Part shown: one piece after another, positions 9,168-19,180 of the stretch
Layout of the letters: each line of letters begins with the position of its first letter
How positions within the stretch are numbered: the stretch's first letter is position 1
NCBI GenBank assembly: GCA_965226795.1
Contig: CBDDDZ010000003.1
Span: 480,001-544,000 of the forward strand
Source: Candidatus Latescibacterota bacterium
Lineage (GTDB): Bacteria > Latescibacterota > UBA2968 > GCA-2709665
Direction: 5' to 3'
Length of the DNA: 64,000 bases
Position numbers and translations under genes: made by a program
Notes under the pieces: generated by a model
Database searches by the model: none
The model's input: the letters and a program-made list of their open reading frames with translations, nothing else
Told to the model about the DNA's origin: nothing

Positions 9168-11492
9168 CTAAAGCAGCACCGGTCCGTTGCTGTCGGACCA
9201 GTCCATTCTGATCCGATCCACGTTCCCGTCCGGATGCGCGATGCGCACGTTCCAGGCCTCGCCGCGGCGGATGATCCTGGAAGTGACGCCTGCGCTGACG
9301 CCGTCCGTGAAAGGCACCAGGGCGTAGCCGGTCCGGAAGGGCAGTGATGTCCGTTTCCTGTAGATGACGACCGGCGCGGGAACATCCTGCCCGCCGATGG
9401 CGAGCCAGCCCTGAACCGGATCGTTCTGGCCGCAGACGAGGCGAGGCGTCATTCTGACGAGGGGCACGATTTCCAGGTTCGGCGGATTCATGCGTCCCGT
9501 GCGGGCGGCCCCGGTGTCGGGGTCGATCAGCACGCGGTAGGGCATGAAGTGGAAGAGCGCCTCATAGGTGCGGCGGCCGTCGCCCGTGAGTTCGTCGAAG
9601 ATCAGGAAGTAATCGGGCTTGACGAACATGACAACCCGACGGAGAGTGACGGTTGCGTCCAACCCGGCAAAGCCGGCGTCATACGTTGCAATGGCGACGT
9701 CTGCACGGTCATCGGATCGCCACACGGTCTTGTCCCGGGCGGATTCTACCCATTCGGAGATGGTCTGGGCCCGGCGGTTCTGTCCGCAGCCGTCCACGAG
9801 TACCGTGTTGTGCGCTTCGGTTGTCCGGTAGAACGAGGTCCATGCATTCGGATAGTACGAGGTGATTCCGGGGTCCACGATGAAGGGCAGGCCGTGGGCG
9901 AAGAGATCGAACGAAAGCATATCTTCGTGCTGGTGAAAACGACCGTAAGGCCCCCCTTCGAACAGGAGGTAGCGGGCGTCTTGATCCCAGCCGCTGCGCA
10001 TGACGAAGTAACCGGAGTCCGGTCGGGCGATGGAGGTATATTCCGGAGCGCTGCCTTGCTCGCCCTGATTGCCGATCCAGACGGCGGATTGGTTGCTGAG
10101 AATCGCGCCGGGGCCGGCCAGAGAGCCACCGTATTTTGAGTCGAGACTACCGGCATCGGAGACGGAAGGATGGGAGAAGTCGGGGCGCGAGATGGAAACA
10201 CACCAGTCGTACATCCGCCCGATACCGGCTTCCAGTTCCGGATCCAGCGATCGGCCGAACTTCCCGGCTACCTTGAACGCGTCCAGAAACCACGAAGCAA
10301 TCGCCATCTGATAGCCGGGGGTAAGTTCGTACGAGGCCCCGTCGGGCATGACCTGGATGTTCATGTCGTCCATGAGCCGCCGGCTGGCGTCCTCGTACCA
10401 GGCTTCGGCCTCACGAAATTCGGGGAAGGAGCAGGCCACGGCGAGCAGGGCCCTGCCCTCGGAGATGGTCTTGTTCGAAGGTGGAAAAGACTCGAATTTC
10501 AGGAGGTAGACCGCGTGTTCGTAGATGGACTTGAGCAGGTCCAGGATCGTCCGGTCCTCGGTATCCTGACAATCGCAGAGCACGGTGAATGCGTCGACGA
10601 GCGTGTTGAACGCCCGCATGCTCACGATCAGAGAGTGCCCCCAGGCCAGGCCGCCCGCGCGGACGCCGAAGGGCATGGGTGTTTTGCGCATCCAGTCGCA
10701 CAGGATGGCTTCGATGCCTCTGGCGTATTTGGGATCCCGGGTCTTTACCCAGGCGAGTTCGAGCGGTTTGAAGTAGGAAAATCCGTGGATGCGGATGGAC
10801 CATTCGATATACCCATAAGGATTGGCGTCCCAGTCCACGCCCTCGGGCCAGTGATGGCCCAGGATGTGACCGGCGAGGATACGGTCCGCTTCCTCAACGT
10901 CGGCATCGGGAACGGAATCGGGTATAGTGTGTCGCCTGTCAAAAGCGCAGGAACGGAAGTGCGCCGCGATTGCCGCAAGCTGGGCCTCTCTGATTGTAGC
11001 CTGCGCCGCGGTTTCGAGCCCCGGGTGGCTCAAATCAACGGCGGCGATAAGGGCGTCGTCCTTCATTCGGGGTCCGTGGACGATCCGGCGCTGAATGAGA
11101 CGGATATTTCGGATGCGGCTTCCGGATGGCAGACGGATGTCGCCTGAGGACATGTCGCCCCACCCCCCGGGCGGGATGCCCCGGGTGTAGAAACACTCGG
11201 CGGGAAATCGGAATTCCCGCCAGCCCCGCCAGACGTTGCCTCCACGGGGGGAGACGATGGCGTTGAAGTGATAGCCGTCGTCTTCGCTCATACCCTCGGT
11301 ACGATGCCCGGAGGTAAGGGTACAGTAGATCTGGTCGTCCACCCCCTCCGGAAGGCAGATTTCGGCGCGGATCTCGTTCGCCCGGCTCCAGTCCCCGGCT
11401 TCCAATGGGAGATCGATCTGTTCACCCTGTTCGACCTCGGACAGGGTCCATTCGGCTACGATGGCGTCATCCTGAAACATGGAGAGGTCCAT
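9168..11492 (-). CDS. Heparinase II/III family polysaccharide lyase
   Basis: QVMPDGASYELTPGY, SGYFVMRSGW, HQHEDMLSF, DPG, TEAHNTVLVDG. Confidence 0.88.
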   Translation of the reverse strand: MDLSMFQDDAIVAEWTLSEVEQGEQIDLPLEAGDWSRANEIRAEICLPEGVDDQIYCTLTSGHRTEGMSEDDGYHFNAIVSPRGGNVWRGWREFRFPAECFYTRGIPPGGWGDMSSGDIRLPSGSRIRNIRLIQRRIVHGPRMKDDALIAAVDLSHPGLETAAQATIREAQLAAIAAHFRSCAFDRRHTIPDSVPDADVEEADRILAGHILGHHWPEGVDWDANPYGYIEWSIRIHGFSYFKPLELAWVKTRDPKYARGIEAILCDWMRKTPMPFGVRAGGLAWGHSLIVSMRAFNTLVDAFTVLCDCQDTEDRTILDLLKSIYEHAVYLLKFESFPPSNKTISEGRALLAVACSFPEFREAEAWYEDASRRLMDDMNIQVMPDGASYELTPGYQMAIASWFLDAFKVAGKFGRSLDPELEAGIGRMYDWCVSISRPDFSHPSVSDAGSLDSKYGGSLAGPGAILSNQSAVWIGNQGEQGSAPEYTSIARPDSGYFVMRSGWDQDARYLLFEGGPYGRFHQHEDMLSFDLFAHGLPFIVDPGITSYYPNAWTSFYRTTEAHNTVLVDGCGQNRRAQTISEWVESARDKTVWRSDDRADVAIATYDAGFAGLDATVTLRRVVMFVKPDYFLIFDELTGDGRRTYEALFHFMPYRVLIDPDTGAARTGRMNPPNLEIVPLVRMTPRLVCGQNDPVQGWLAIGGQDVPAPVVIYRKRTSLPFRTGYALVPFTDGVSAGVTSRIIRRGEAWNVRIAHPDGNVDRIRMDWSDSNGPVLL

Positions 11493-11760
11493 GGGGGCCT
11501 CCTTTCGATTGTGCCAATTTACGAAATGCGGGTTCGGTATTCAAGGCCCATCCTGTATGCTGAAAGGAGCCACATTCCTGCGTCGGCGCCGACCGCGCTG
11601 GTCGACGGGCGCAAGGAGAGGACAGGTTTAGGGCTTGCGCATTGTGTGTCGGGTGCATTTCTTATCGGTCATGAGCGAGGTCTCGTCGGGGAGTCAAAGG
11701 GGATCTGGGAAAAAGCAGAATCTTCACCACCCCACTTCCCTCCAATTCTTTTTTTTCGAT

Positions 11761-11905
11761 TGTACGTACCGGATACATGGGTAACAGGTGGTCGGGTACA
11801 TAGGTAACACTTTTCGCGAGGGTCCTCTTGTGGCTCATCCAAAGTGTCTTAACAGGTCGCCTGTCGGCGGACAATTGTTGCATGGAACTGCGTTCCGGAC
11901 GGACA
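11761..11905. mobile_element. IS481-like MITE, copy 1 (non-autonomous)
   Basis: TGT...ACA termini with imperfect IR, tandem ACAT(G/A)GGTAACA boxes; body shared with 53793-53913. Confidence 0.6.
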
Positions 11906-11941
11906 CATGTTCTTCCTTTCCCTTCAACTTTTTTCCTCTTC

Positions 11942-12310
11942 GTCCTTTTTCTTATTCGCGTAAGAAAAAGGACCAAAAAGAACCGCGCCTGCCTGCCGAG
12001 CACGACTCGGCGCAGGCAGGCCGTTCGGCACGGGGCCGGTTTTTCCGCGAATCGCCTTAGTGGAGAAATGGAAATTGGGTGCCCTGCGAACCTGTCAGGT
12101 GTACCTGTACCACCGAGCTGAACGGAATAGCACGGAAAAAACCCCCCACGCCCCCACCGGACGGGCGCCAGGCCCTTCGATAGGACTACCAGAGCAGAGC
12201 GCGTGGTTCCGTCCACCACCAAAACCCGATATCCTGCAATCGCAGGTAGGGCAGCGGGTCGCGTGTGACCCATGAGGCGATTCCCGCTGTGCATATGGCC
12301 GCCCCCGCGA
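11942..12310. repeat. N30/N30 structured repeat: forward arm plus truncated inverted arm
   Basis: T-rich/A-rich hairpin, 33 bp palindrome at 11988-12020, CGCGAA-N30-CCCTG-N30-GCTGAACGGA; inverted arm from ~12176. Confidence 0.8.
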
Positions 12311-12480
12311 GGACAGGCGGGCGTCCCATGGGTCGCCCCTTCAAGAACCAGACATCCGCAAAACGACTACTCAAGGCCCTATCGTTAACCGCTGTTGGCT
12401 GAATGCTGATTGCTGAGTTTTTCCCTTTGTGTCTTTGTGCCTTCGTGTGAGTCCGGCGCTTTATTACGTGTGAGGTAATT

Positions 12481-13677
12481 ATGGGTATCCGTGTCGGAAT
12501 CTGTGGGACCGGAGCGTTCGCGAATTCGTTCATCCCTCTGTTCAAGGCGCACCCGGAGGTGGACCACCTGGTTTTGTGCGACCTGGACGCGGAGAAACTG
12601 CGGGAGAAGTCGGCGCGTTTCGACGTTCCGGATACATATCCGTCATTGGATGCGCTGTGCGGAACCGACGTGGACGCCATTGCGATTATCACCCAGCATC
12701 ATCTGCACGGGCCACAGGCCGTCCAGGCGTTGCGCAGCGGAAAGCACGTGTATTCGGCGGTCCCGTCGGCGGTGAGCCTGGATGAGGTCTCCGAGCTTGT
12801 AAAGGCCGTGGATGAGACCGGTTTGATCTATATGATTGGCGAGACGAGTTACTATTACCCGTGTACGATCTACTGCCGGGACCGTTTTCAGAAGGGAGAT
12901 TTCGGACATGTCGTTTACGGGGAGGCGGAGTACTACCACGATTATTCTCACGGACTGTATGCGGTGTCGCAGTGGCGGCACGGTGAGAAATGGAAGCGGT
13001 ATTACGGGGCGCCGCCGCTCTATTATCCCACCCATTCCACGAGTATGATCGTGTCGGTCACCGGGGCGCATGGCACGTACGTGAGCGGAATGGGGTTCGT
13101 GGATCGCCATGAAGATAATCTATATGCGCGCGAAGACAATGTCTGGGAGAACCCGTTCAGCAACCAGACGATGTTGTGCAAAATGTCGGATGGGAGTATG
13201 GCGCGCTTCAACGAGTTCCGGCGGATCGGACACCCCGGTACGGTGGGGATGAGTCTTTATGGAACCGATGCCGGATACGAGGAGCAGGTGGGCGGACAGA
13301 TCTGGATCACCAAGGACCGGAAAACGTGCGTGGATCTGACCGCGGAATTGTCGTGTGAAGGCGTGCCGGCCGGTCCGGCCGACGATCCGATGGGCGCGGT
13401 CACGGGAGATGACGGCATGCACCAGGGCGTGTCGCGGGTACATCCGGTACACCTGCTGCCGAGGGAGTTTATCGGCCTTGGAAACGGGCACAAAGGGGCC
13501 CATCAGTTCCTGGTACATGATTTCGTAACGGCGTGCGTGACGGGTGAAACGCCGCCGAATAACGTCTGGCAGGCGGCGCGGTACCTGCTTCCGGGGCTGG
13601 TGGCGCACGAGTCCGCGATGAATGGAGGCGCGTTAACTGCCGTGCCCGATTTTGGAGACGGCACCGAAAAACCGTGA
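12481..13677 (+). CDS. Gfo/Idh/MocA family oxidoreductase
   Basis: GICGTGAF Rossmann motif, GKHVYSAVP, YPTH. Confidence 0.88.
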   Translation: MGIRVGICGTGAFANSFIPLFKAHPEVDHLVLCDLDAEKLREKSARFDVPDTYPSLDALCGTDVDAIAIITQHHLHGPQAVQALRSGKHVYSAVPSAVSLDEVSELVKAVDETGLIYMIGETSYYYPCTIYCRDRFQKGDFGHVVYGEAEYYHDYSHGLYAVSQWRHGEKWKRYYGAPPLYYPTHSTSMIVSVTGAHGTYVSGMGFVDRHEDNLYAREDNVWENPFSNQTMLCKMSDGSMARFNEFRRIGHPGTVGMSLYGTDAGYEEQVGGQIWITKDRKTCVDLTAELSCEGVPAGPADDPMGAVTGDDGMHQGVSRVHPVHLLPREFIGLGNGHKGAHQFLVHDFVTACVTGETPPNNVWQAARYLLPGLVAHESAMNGGALTAVPDFGDGTEKP

Positions 13678-13811
13678 GGGGTAAGACGCAAGAGGCGAAC
13701 CGGGAAAGGAAGTGAACATGAAAGAAACGCCTGGTAGTGTTCTGTCCCGGAAATAGATTGCCTGAATTCGGCCGTCGAGCGAGGGGAACGCAGCGAGACG
13801 GGATGAACCGG

Positions 13812-13847
13812 CCTGCCTGTGCGTGCTGTCTCACGCACGCAGACAGG
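13812..13847. repeat. 36 bp palindrome CCTGCCTG...CAGACAGG related to the 33 bp element
   Basis: Same terminal CCTG/CAGG stem and GC flanks, different internal hairpin. Confidence 0.55.
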
Positions 13848-13914
13848 CGGATGAATGGTGACCTATTTCAGGGACGGGACAGTAGTTATACCTGGCTGTC
13901 TTTACGGGAGAAAT

Positions 13915-14235
13915 ATGGTGATTAAGCGAACTTCAGGAGAGGGATGGGCGTTTGTTCCCGAGGATGTGTTTGACATTGACGAGGAAGTGCTGGTCTCCCG
14001 CGCGCCGGAGGAGCAGCGGATTCGGATTTCGCTGGAGAAACGGAAGCGGGGCAAGGTGGTAACGCTGGCTGGCGGTCTGGTGCTGGCGAAGGGAGATATG
14101 AAGGATCTGGCGCGGGCATTACGAGAAACGTGTGGTACGGGAGGGACGATTCGGCGGGATACGGTTGAGTTGCAGGGTGATTGCCGGCAAAAGGTCCGCG
14201 CCTGGCTGGTGGAAAATGGCTGGGGCGTTCGATAA
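13915..14235 (+). CDS. yciH: SUI1/YciH translation initiation factor homologue
   Basis: EKRKRGKVVT, LRETCGTGGT, VELQGD. Confidence 0.85.
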   Translation: MVIKRTSGEGWAFVPEDVFDIDEEVLVSRAPEEQRIRISLEKRKRGKVVTLAGGLVLAKGDMKDLARALRETCGTGGTIRRDTVELQGDCRQKVRAWLVENGWGVR

Positions 14236-14363
14236 TGGAAACGGGAAGAAGGACGCGGGTCGGGAACGGAACACGAGCTCTCGCCCGCTGATCACTGACC
14301 GTTGTCAGGCGCCCGGGGGCGGCCGTCAGCCGTCTTTCTTCTCGCACATTTTCAAAGTTGCTC

Positions 14364-14400
14364 TGTCATTCTGAGCGACGCGTAGCGGAGTCGAAGAATC
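14364..14400. repeat. TGTCATTCTGAGCG...GAAGAATC REP-like palindrome
   Basis: Same family as 21740, 21949 and 29753, and 21860 (inverted). Confidence 0.7.
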
Positions 14401-14481
14401 GGCTGCCCGATTGGCACGCACGAATGGAATGGACCGAACGCTGATCGATAACAGGTGAACGCTAACGAAGGAGATGTCACA

Positions 14482-16020
14482 ATGGCCACGGTAGATTGCG
14501 ATGCGGTGATTCTGGGAGGCGGGCACAACGGGCTGGTTGCGGCGTCCTACCTCGCGGATGCCGGAATGGACGTGCTGTTGCTGGAACGCCGGAACCTCCT
14601 GGGGGGCGCCTGTGCGACCGAGGAGTTGTTTCCCGGTTACCGGTTTTCGTCCTGCTCCTACATTTGCCACCTCTTGCAGGACCGGGTGATCGACGAGTTG
14701 GGCCTGCGGGAACACGGGTTCGACGTCTATCACCTGGACCCGTCCCGGTATCAGCCCTTCCCCGACGGTTCCGCCCTCCGCCTCTGGGACGACCTGGAAC
14801 GCAGCCAGGCCGAACTCGCCCGGTTTTCGCAAAGGGACGCGGAGGCCTATCCGGATTGGCTTTCTTTCTGGAAACGCGCTGCCGGGATCATCTATCCCTA
14901 TTTCCTGACGCCGCCGCCCACGGTCAGCGAGATCGCCTCGCGGGTGAGGGGAACGCCGGATGAGGCGCTTCTGGACCGCCTGCTGACGACCAGCATGACC
15001 GATCTCGTGACCGACTTCTTCGAGTCCGACCAGGCTCAGGGCGCGTTTATCCAGGCGCAGGACGTGGGCGATCCCGCGGCGTCGGGCAGCGCGTGGTGTT
15101 ACGCGTATATCAAATGCAACGTGTTCGGCCGGCCGGAGAACGTGGGCATCGTCAAGGGCGGGATGGGCGGAATCGCCAGCGCCCTCGCCAGGGCGGCGCG
15201 GGCGCGCGGTGCGGTTTTGCAGACGAACGCGGAGGTGGAACGAATCCTGGTCAGAAACGGAAGCGCGTGTGGCGTGGCGCTTGCCGACGGTACGGAGATC
15301 CGCAGCCGGATCGTGGTCTCCAACGCGGATCCGAAGCGTACGTTCCTGAAGCTGCTGCCGGCCGAGGCGCTGGATGCGCGATTCCTGGCCAGGGCAGGCC
15401 GTCTGAAGACCAGGACGGCCTATCTGAAATTCCACGCGGCGCTCACGGGCCTGCCGGATTTCGCGAGGGGCGAATCGGGATATGATCCGCACTGGTTTGC
15501 GGAGATCAAGATCTGCCCGTCCATTGACTACTTCGCCCGCGCCTGGGACGACGCGCGGCGTGGAGATCCTGCCAGGGAACCCGTGATCGAAGTGCAGATT
15601 CCATCGGTCTATGACGACACGATGGCGCCGGAGGGCCACCATGTGATGTCCGTCTGGGTCCTGTATGCACCCGTAAGCCCTCGCGACGGCACCTGGGACG
15701 AGAGACGGGAAGAGGTGGGGGAGCGTCTCATCGATACGCTGTCGGTCTATGCGCCGAACCTCCGGGACATTCTGGTGGACTGGTCGCTATTCACACCGCA
15801 TGACCTGGAGGACCGCGTGGGCCTTACCGACGGCAACATCAGGCACTTGGACATCGTGCCGGACCAGTTCCTCGCGCAACGGCCGCTTGGGGGCTGGGCG
15901 CGCTACGCGACGCCGGTTCAAAACCTCTATCTATGTGGCGCGGGCACCCATCCAGGCGGCGAGGTGACCGGAGCCCCGGGGCACAATGCCGCGAAGGCCA
16001 TACTGGAGGATTGGGGATAG
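14482..16020 (+). CDS. FAD-dependent oxidoreductase, phytoene dehydrogenase-like family
   Basis: GGGHNGL, GGACATEE, GGMG, LYLCGAGTHPGGEVTGAPGHNAA. Confidence 0.9.
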   Translation: MATVDCDAVILGGGHNGLVAASYLADAGMDVLLLERRNLLGGACATEELFPGYRFSSCSYICHLLQDRVIDELGLREHGFDVYHLDPSRYQPFPDGSALRLWDDLERSQAELARFSQRDAEAYPDWLSFWKRAAGIIYPYFLTPPPTVSEIASRVRGTPDEALLDRLLTTSMTDLVTDFFESDQAQGAFIQAQDVGDPAASGSAWCYAYIKCNVFGRPENVGIVKGGMGGIASALARAARARGAVLQTNAEVERILVRNGSACGVALADGTEIRSRIVVSNADPKRTFLKLLPAEALDARFLARAGRLKTRTAYLKFHAALTGLPDFARGESGYDPHWFAEIKICPSIDYFARAWDDARRGDPAREPVIEVQIPSVYDDTMAPEGHHVMSVWVLYAPVSPRDGTWDERREEVGERLIDTLSVYAPNLRDILVDWSLFTPHDLEDRVGLTDGNIRHLDIVPDQFLAQRPLGGWARYATPVQNLYLCGAGTHPGGEVTGAPGHNAAKAILEDWG

Positions 16021-16055
16021 AAGCCAGTTGAGTGCTCTCAGCCTGAAGCTGCAGT

Positions 16056-17399
16056 TCAAAACCGGAGGGTAAACACGGTTTCTTCTTCGGGTGTGGATCG
16101 AACGCTGATGGCGCCTCGATGCTGGCGCATAACCTGGCGGCACAGCGACAGACCGATACCCGATCCTTCGTGTTTGGTGGTGAAAAACGGTATAAAGATT
16201 CGCTCCTGCACGTCTTCGAGGATGCCCGGTCCGTTGTCGCGCACGCGAATGAGGACCCGGCCTCTCCGGTCGAGAAGGGCAACCAGGTCGATGCGGGCCC
16301 CGTCGCGTCCGGCCAGCGCGTGCAAGGCGTTGCGCAAAAGATTGATGAGCACCTGCTCGATGAGGTCGGGGTCGGCCGTGACTTCGAGAGACTCGGGATC
16401 GACTTCAGCGCGCAGGGCGATGCGTTTACCGTCGCATTCCGGTTGCATGAGGGACACAACGCGGTCAAAGAGATCCGCGACCGGACAGATCTTGAAGTCG
16501 GGAGTGGGTATCCGCGTGAGTTGGCGGTAGGTGTCCACGAAGTGTTGCAGGCCTTCGCTGCGCGATTGTATGGTCTGCAGGGCGGTGTGCACGTCTGTCA
16601 CGGTCTGAGGATCGAGCGACGACGCGCGTCCGGATTCGGGAAAATGGTCGCGTACGGTTGAGGCGAGGGACGAAATGGGGGTGATCGAGTTCATGATTTC
16701 GTGGATGAGCACGCGAATGAGCTTCTGCCACGCTTCTATTTCCTGTTCTTCGAGTTCGCTTTGTATATCCTGTACGGAGGCCAGAATATACGATTCGCCC
16801 CGCATCCGGATCTCCGTGGCGTGAATGACAATCTGGAAGAGTTCGTCTTCGTCCTGGACTTTGACCAGGGTTCTGTCGCCCGGTCGAAGGCCCATTAAAG
16901 TTTCGGAGAGGGTCTTGCTTACCTGTTCAAGTTCGCGCACATTGTGGATATGGGGCCTGCGAAGCAGTCGCTGGGCCGCGGTGTTCATCAGTTCGATGCG
17001 TCCGCCGGAATCGTAGCAGACCAGCCCCACGCCTACGTGCTGGACCACGGTTTGCAGGTATTGGAAGTTTTCTTCTTTTTCCGCCCGGGTCCTCCGGAAG
17101 GCGTTCAACACGTCGTTGAACGCCTCTTTGAGATCGTCGAAAGCGGACCCCAGGCCACGGCCGCTGAAGGATTGGGAGAAGTCTTCGTACCGGATGGCCT
17201 GCAGAAAGCGCGTGAGATCCCGGTTCGTGCGCTCCACGTAGTGGATGAGGGCATAGGCCTGGTAGAGCGCAATGCCGGCCAGGATGAGGACGGTGGTATA
17301 GTAAGACGTCTGAAAGAGGACGAACACAAAGGCGCAGATCGTGGCGCACAGAAAGGCCACCCGCACGATGCACAGCGTTCGAAAGTGTCTATAGACCAT
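16056..17399 (-). CDS. NtrB/NtrY-like sensor histidine kinase (2 TM, PAS, HisKA, HATPase)
   Basis: HEIMNSITPI H-box, QVLINLLRNA, DNGPG, PFFTTK, GSGIGL; overlaps regulator stop. Confidence 0.92.
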   Translation of the reverse strand: MVYRHFRTLCIVRVAFLCATICAFVFVLFQTSYYTTVLILAGIALYQAYALIHYVERTNRDLTRFLQAIRYEDFSQSFSGRGLGSAFDDLKEAFNDVLNAFRRTRAEKEENFQYLQTVVQHVGVGLVCYDSGGRIELMNTAAQRLLRRPHIHNVRELEQVSKTLSETLMGLRPGDRTLVKVQDEDELFQIVIHATEIRMRGESYILASVQDIQSELEEQEIEAWQKLIRVLIHEIMNSITPISSLASTVRDHFPESGRASSLDPQTVTDVHTALQTIQSRSEGLQHFVDTYRQLTRIPTPDFKICPVADLFDRVVSLMQPECDGKRIALRAEVDPESLEVTADPDLIEQVLINLLRNALHALAGRDGARIDLVALLDRRGRVLIRVRDNGPGILEDVQERIFIPFFTTKHEGSGIGLSLCRQVMRQHRGAISVRSTPEEETVFTLRF

Positions 17400-18765
17400 A
17401 TTTTTCCAGCCTGCGGTAGAGAGAGCTGCGCGTGATGCCAAGTTCCCGGGCGGTGTGGCTGATGTTGCCCTGATGCTTCTCGATGGCTTTGCGAATCGCG
17501 GTTTTCTCTATGCGATCGAGGTTGAAGTCTTCGCAGTGAATGTGGTCGCCCGTGGTGGGTTCTGACGTGGTGAGTGGAAAGTCCGACGGTTGCAGCGTTC
17601 CGTTTTCGTTCATGATGACGGCGCGTTCAATGGCATGCTGGAGTTCGCGGACGTTGCCGGGCCAGGAGTAGGCTTTGAGTTTTTCCAGGGTGCGGGGGTG
17701 CACGCCGATGCGGGGCTTCTTGTATTTCCTGCAATACCTGTCCAGGAAGTTGCCGATGAGGAGCGGCAGGTCTTCACGGCGGTCCCGGAGCGGGGGCAGC
17801 CGGATTTCAACCGTGTTGATGCGGTAGAGCAGGTCCTGGCGGAATTCGTTTCGGGCGGCCAGGTCGTGGATCGGCGTATTGGTGGCGCAGACGAGCCGGA
17901 TATCGATCGGAACGGGCTTGTTGGTGCCCAGGCGAAAAACGGTGCGTTTTTCGAGTACGGTAAGCAGTTTGGCCTGAAGCGGCAGTGAGAGGTTGCCGAT
18001 TTCATCCAGAAAGAGCGTCCCGCCCGACGCGGTTTCAAATCGCCCCGCACGGTCTTCCCTGGCGTCTGTAAAGGCGCCTTTTTTGTGCCCGAAAAGCTCG
18101 CTTTCGAAAAGGGTCTCGGGTACGGCGCCGAGGTCGACCTGGATGAAGACCTGATCCGCGCGGCCGGATTGACGGTGAAGGGCGCGGGCGACCGCGTCTT
18201 TACCCGTTCCGTTGTCACCCAGAATGAGCACGTTGGCGTCGGTGGCGCCCACTTTCCGGATCGTTTCGAAGACGTCGCGCATGACGGACGAGACGGCTAT
18301 GATACCGGGAAACTGCCTGTCCAGGTCGGCATGGAGTTGCCGCTGGCGGGAGCGAAGCCGAACGACGTCCAGGCGCGACCGGCGCAGCGTGGCTGCCGCG
18401 GAAAGGGTGGCCAGCAGTTTCTCGTTCTGCCAGGGCTTGAGCACAAAGTCAGTTGCGCCTTCCTTAATGGCCTGGGCGGCCGTCTTGACGTCGCCGAACG
18501 CCGTGATGAGGACCACCACGGCGGAGGGGTCCATCTCCAGGATCCGCCGCAGCCAGTGAAACCCTTCCCTGCCGGAGGTGGCGTCCTGTGCAAAGTTCAT
18601 ATCCAGGAGGATCACATCGTATGTGTCATTCTGCAGAAGTTCGGGAATGCGGTTGGGATCGGCTTCGGTATCCACGCGCTCGGCGTGCTGCTTGAGAAAG
18701 AGTTGTGCGGCCAGCAGCACGTCGCGGTCGTCGTCGACAATGAGAATTTTGTCGAAAGATTTCAT
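17389..18765 (-). CDS. Sigma54-dependent response regulator (REC-AAA+-Fis HTH)
   Basis: REC domain, [37 protein letters not shown]-terminal HTH. Confidence 0.95.
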   Translation of the reverse strand: MKSFDKILIVDDDRDVLLAAQLFLKQHAERVDTEADPNRIPELLQNDTYDVILLDMNFAQDATSGREGFHWLRRILEMDPSAVVVLITAFGDVKTAAQAIKEGATDFVLKPWQNEKLLATLSAAATLRRSRLDVVRLRSRQRQLHADLDRQFPGIIAVSSVMRDVFETIRKVGATDANVLILGDNGTGKDAVARALHRQSGRADQVFIQVDLGAVPETLFESELFGHKKGAFTDAREDRAGRFETASGGTLFLDEIGNLSLPLQAKLLTVLEKRTVFRLGTNKPVPIDIRLVCATNTPIHDLAARNEFRQDLLYRINTVEIRLPPLRDRREDLPLLIGNFLDRYCRKYKKPRIGVHPRTLEKLKAYSWPGNVRELQHAIERAVIMNENGTLQPSDFPLTTSEPTTGDHIHCEDFNLDRIEKTAIRKAIEKHQGNISHTARELGITRSSLYRRLEKYGL

Positions 18766-18875
18766 TGACGCCTCGGGGGTTCAGGCATGAATAGGCAGAC
18801 GATACCTGAACGCGGGACCCGCGCGAGGGGTGCGACGGCCAATCATGCTGGAGACAACTGAATTCTTAACGAAGA

Positions 18876-18891
18876 TGCATTTTTCGTGCCA
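18876..18891 (-). promoter_or_regulatory. Putative sigma54 -24/-12 promoter for the regulator/kinase operon
   Basis: Minus strand TGGCACGAAAAATGCA (GG-N10-GC). Confidence 0.6.
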
Positions 18892-18979
18892 ATACGCCTC
18901 TTGAATCGAATTTGCGTACAACCATAATGATCACAGAGACTTATCCTGTCAAGCAGTTCGAGGACCGGCGTATCCCATG

Positions 18980-19096
18980 TGTTCAATTTCGGACACTACT
19001 GTATCATTAACGGACACTTGAATGCTGCCTTTTTACCCCGGCGCATCGCTAAGTACCTGTAAAATCGGGCGAAACAAACATGGCACGCCCGTTGCT
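18980..19096 (+). promoter_or_regulatory. Tandem enhancer plus sigma54 promoter of the permease array
   Basis: TGTTCAATTTCGGACA-N4-TGTATCATTAACGGACA (18980-19016), then consensus TGGCACGCCCGTTGCT at 19081. Confidence 0.85.
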
Positions 19097-19180
19097 TTGG
19101 GTACGCATGGATCAACGCGTCGCCACGGAATGAATTCCGGGCGCGGGCATTGATGGCTACAACAACACAGGAGTCGGATA

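Noticed and set aside
11662..12692. ORFs inside repeat regions (also 38007-38559, 42774-43831, 45380-46241, 53850-54999)
   Set aside because: Translations of palindromic repeats (recurring ACLPSTARRRQA) with no protein-like motifs
14326..15642. Long antisense or overlapping ORFs (also 410-1300, 31621-32868, 43738-45201, 51065-52249, 55769-57157)
   Set aside because: Shadow frames of well-supported genes in high-GC DNA
14482..16020. Carotenoid biosynthesis (crtI)
   Set aside because: No crtB/crtE neighbours; motifs fit the broad phytoene-dehydrogenase-like oxidoreductase family
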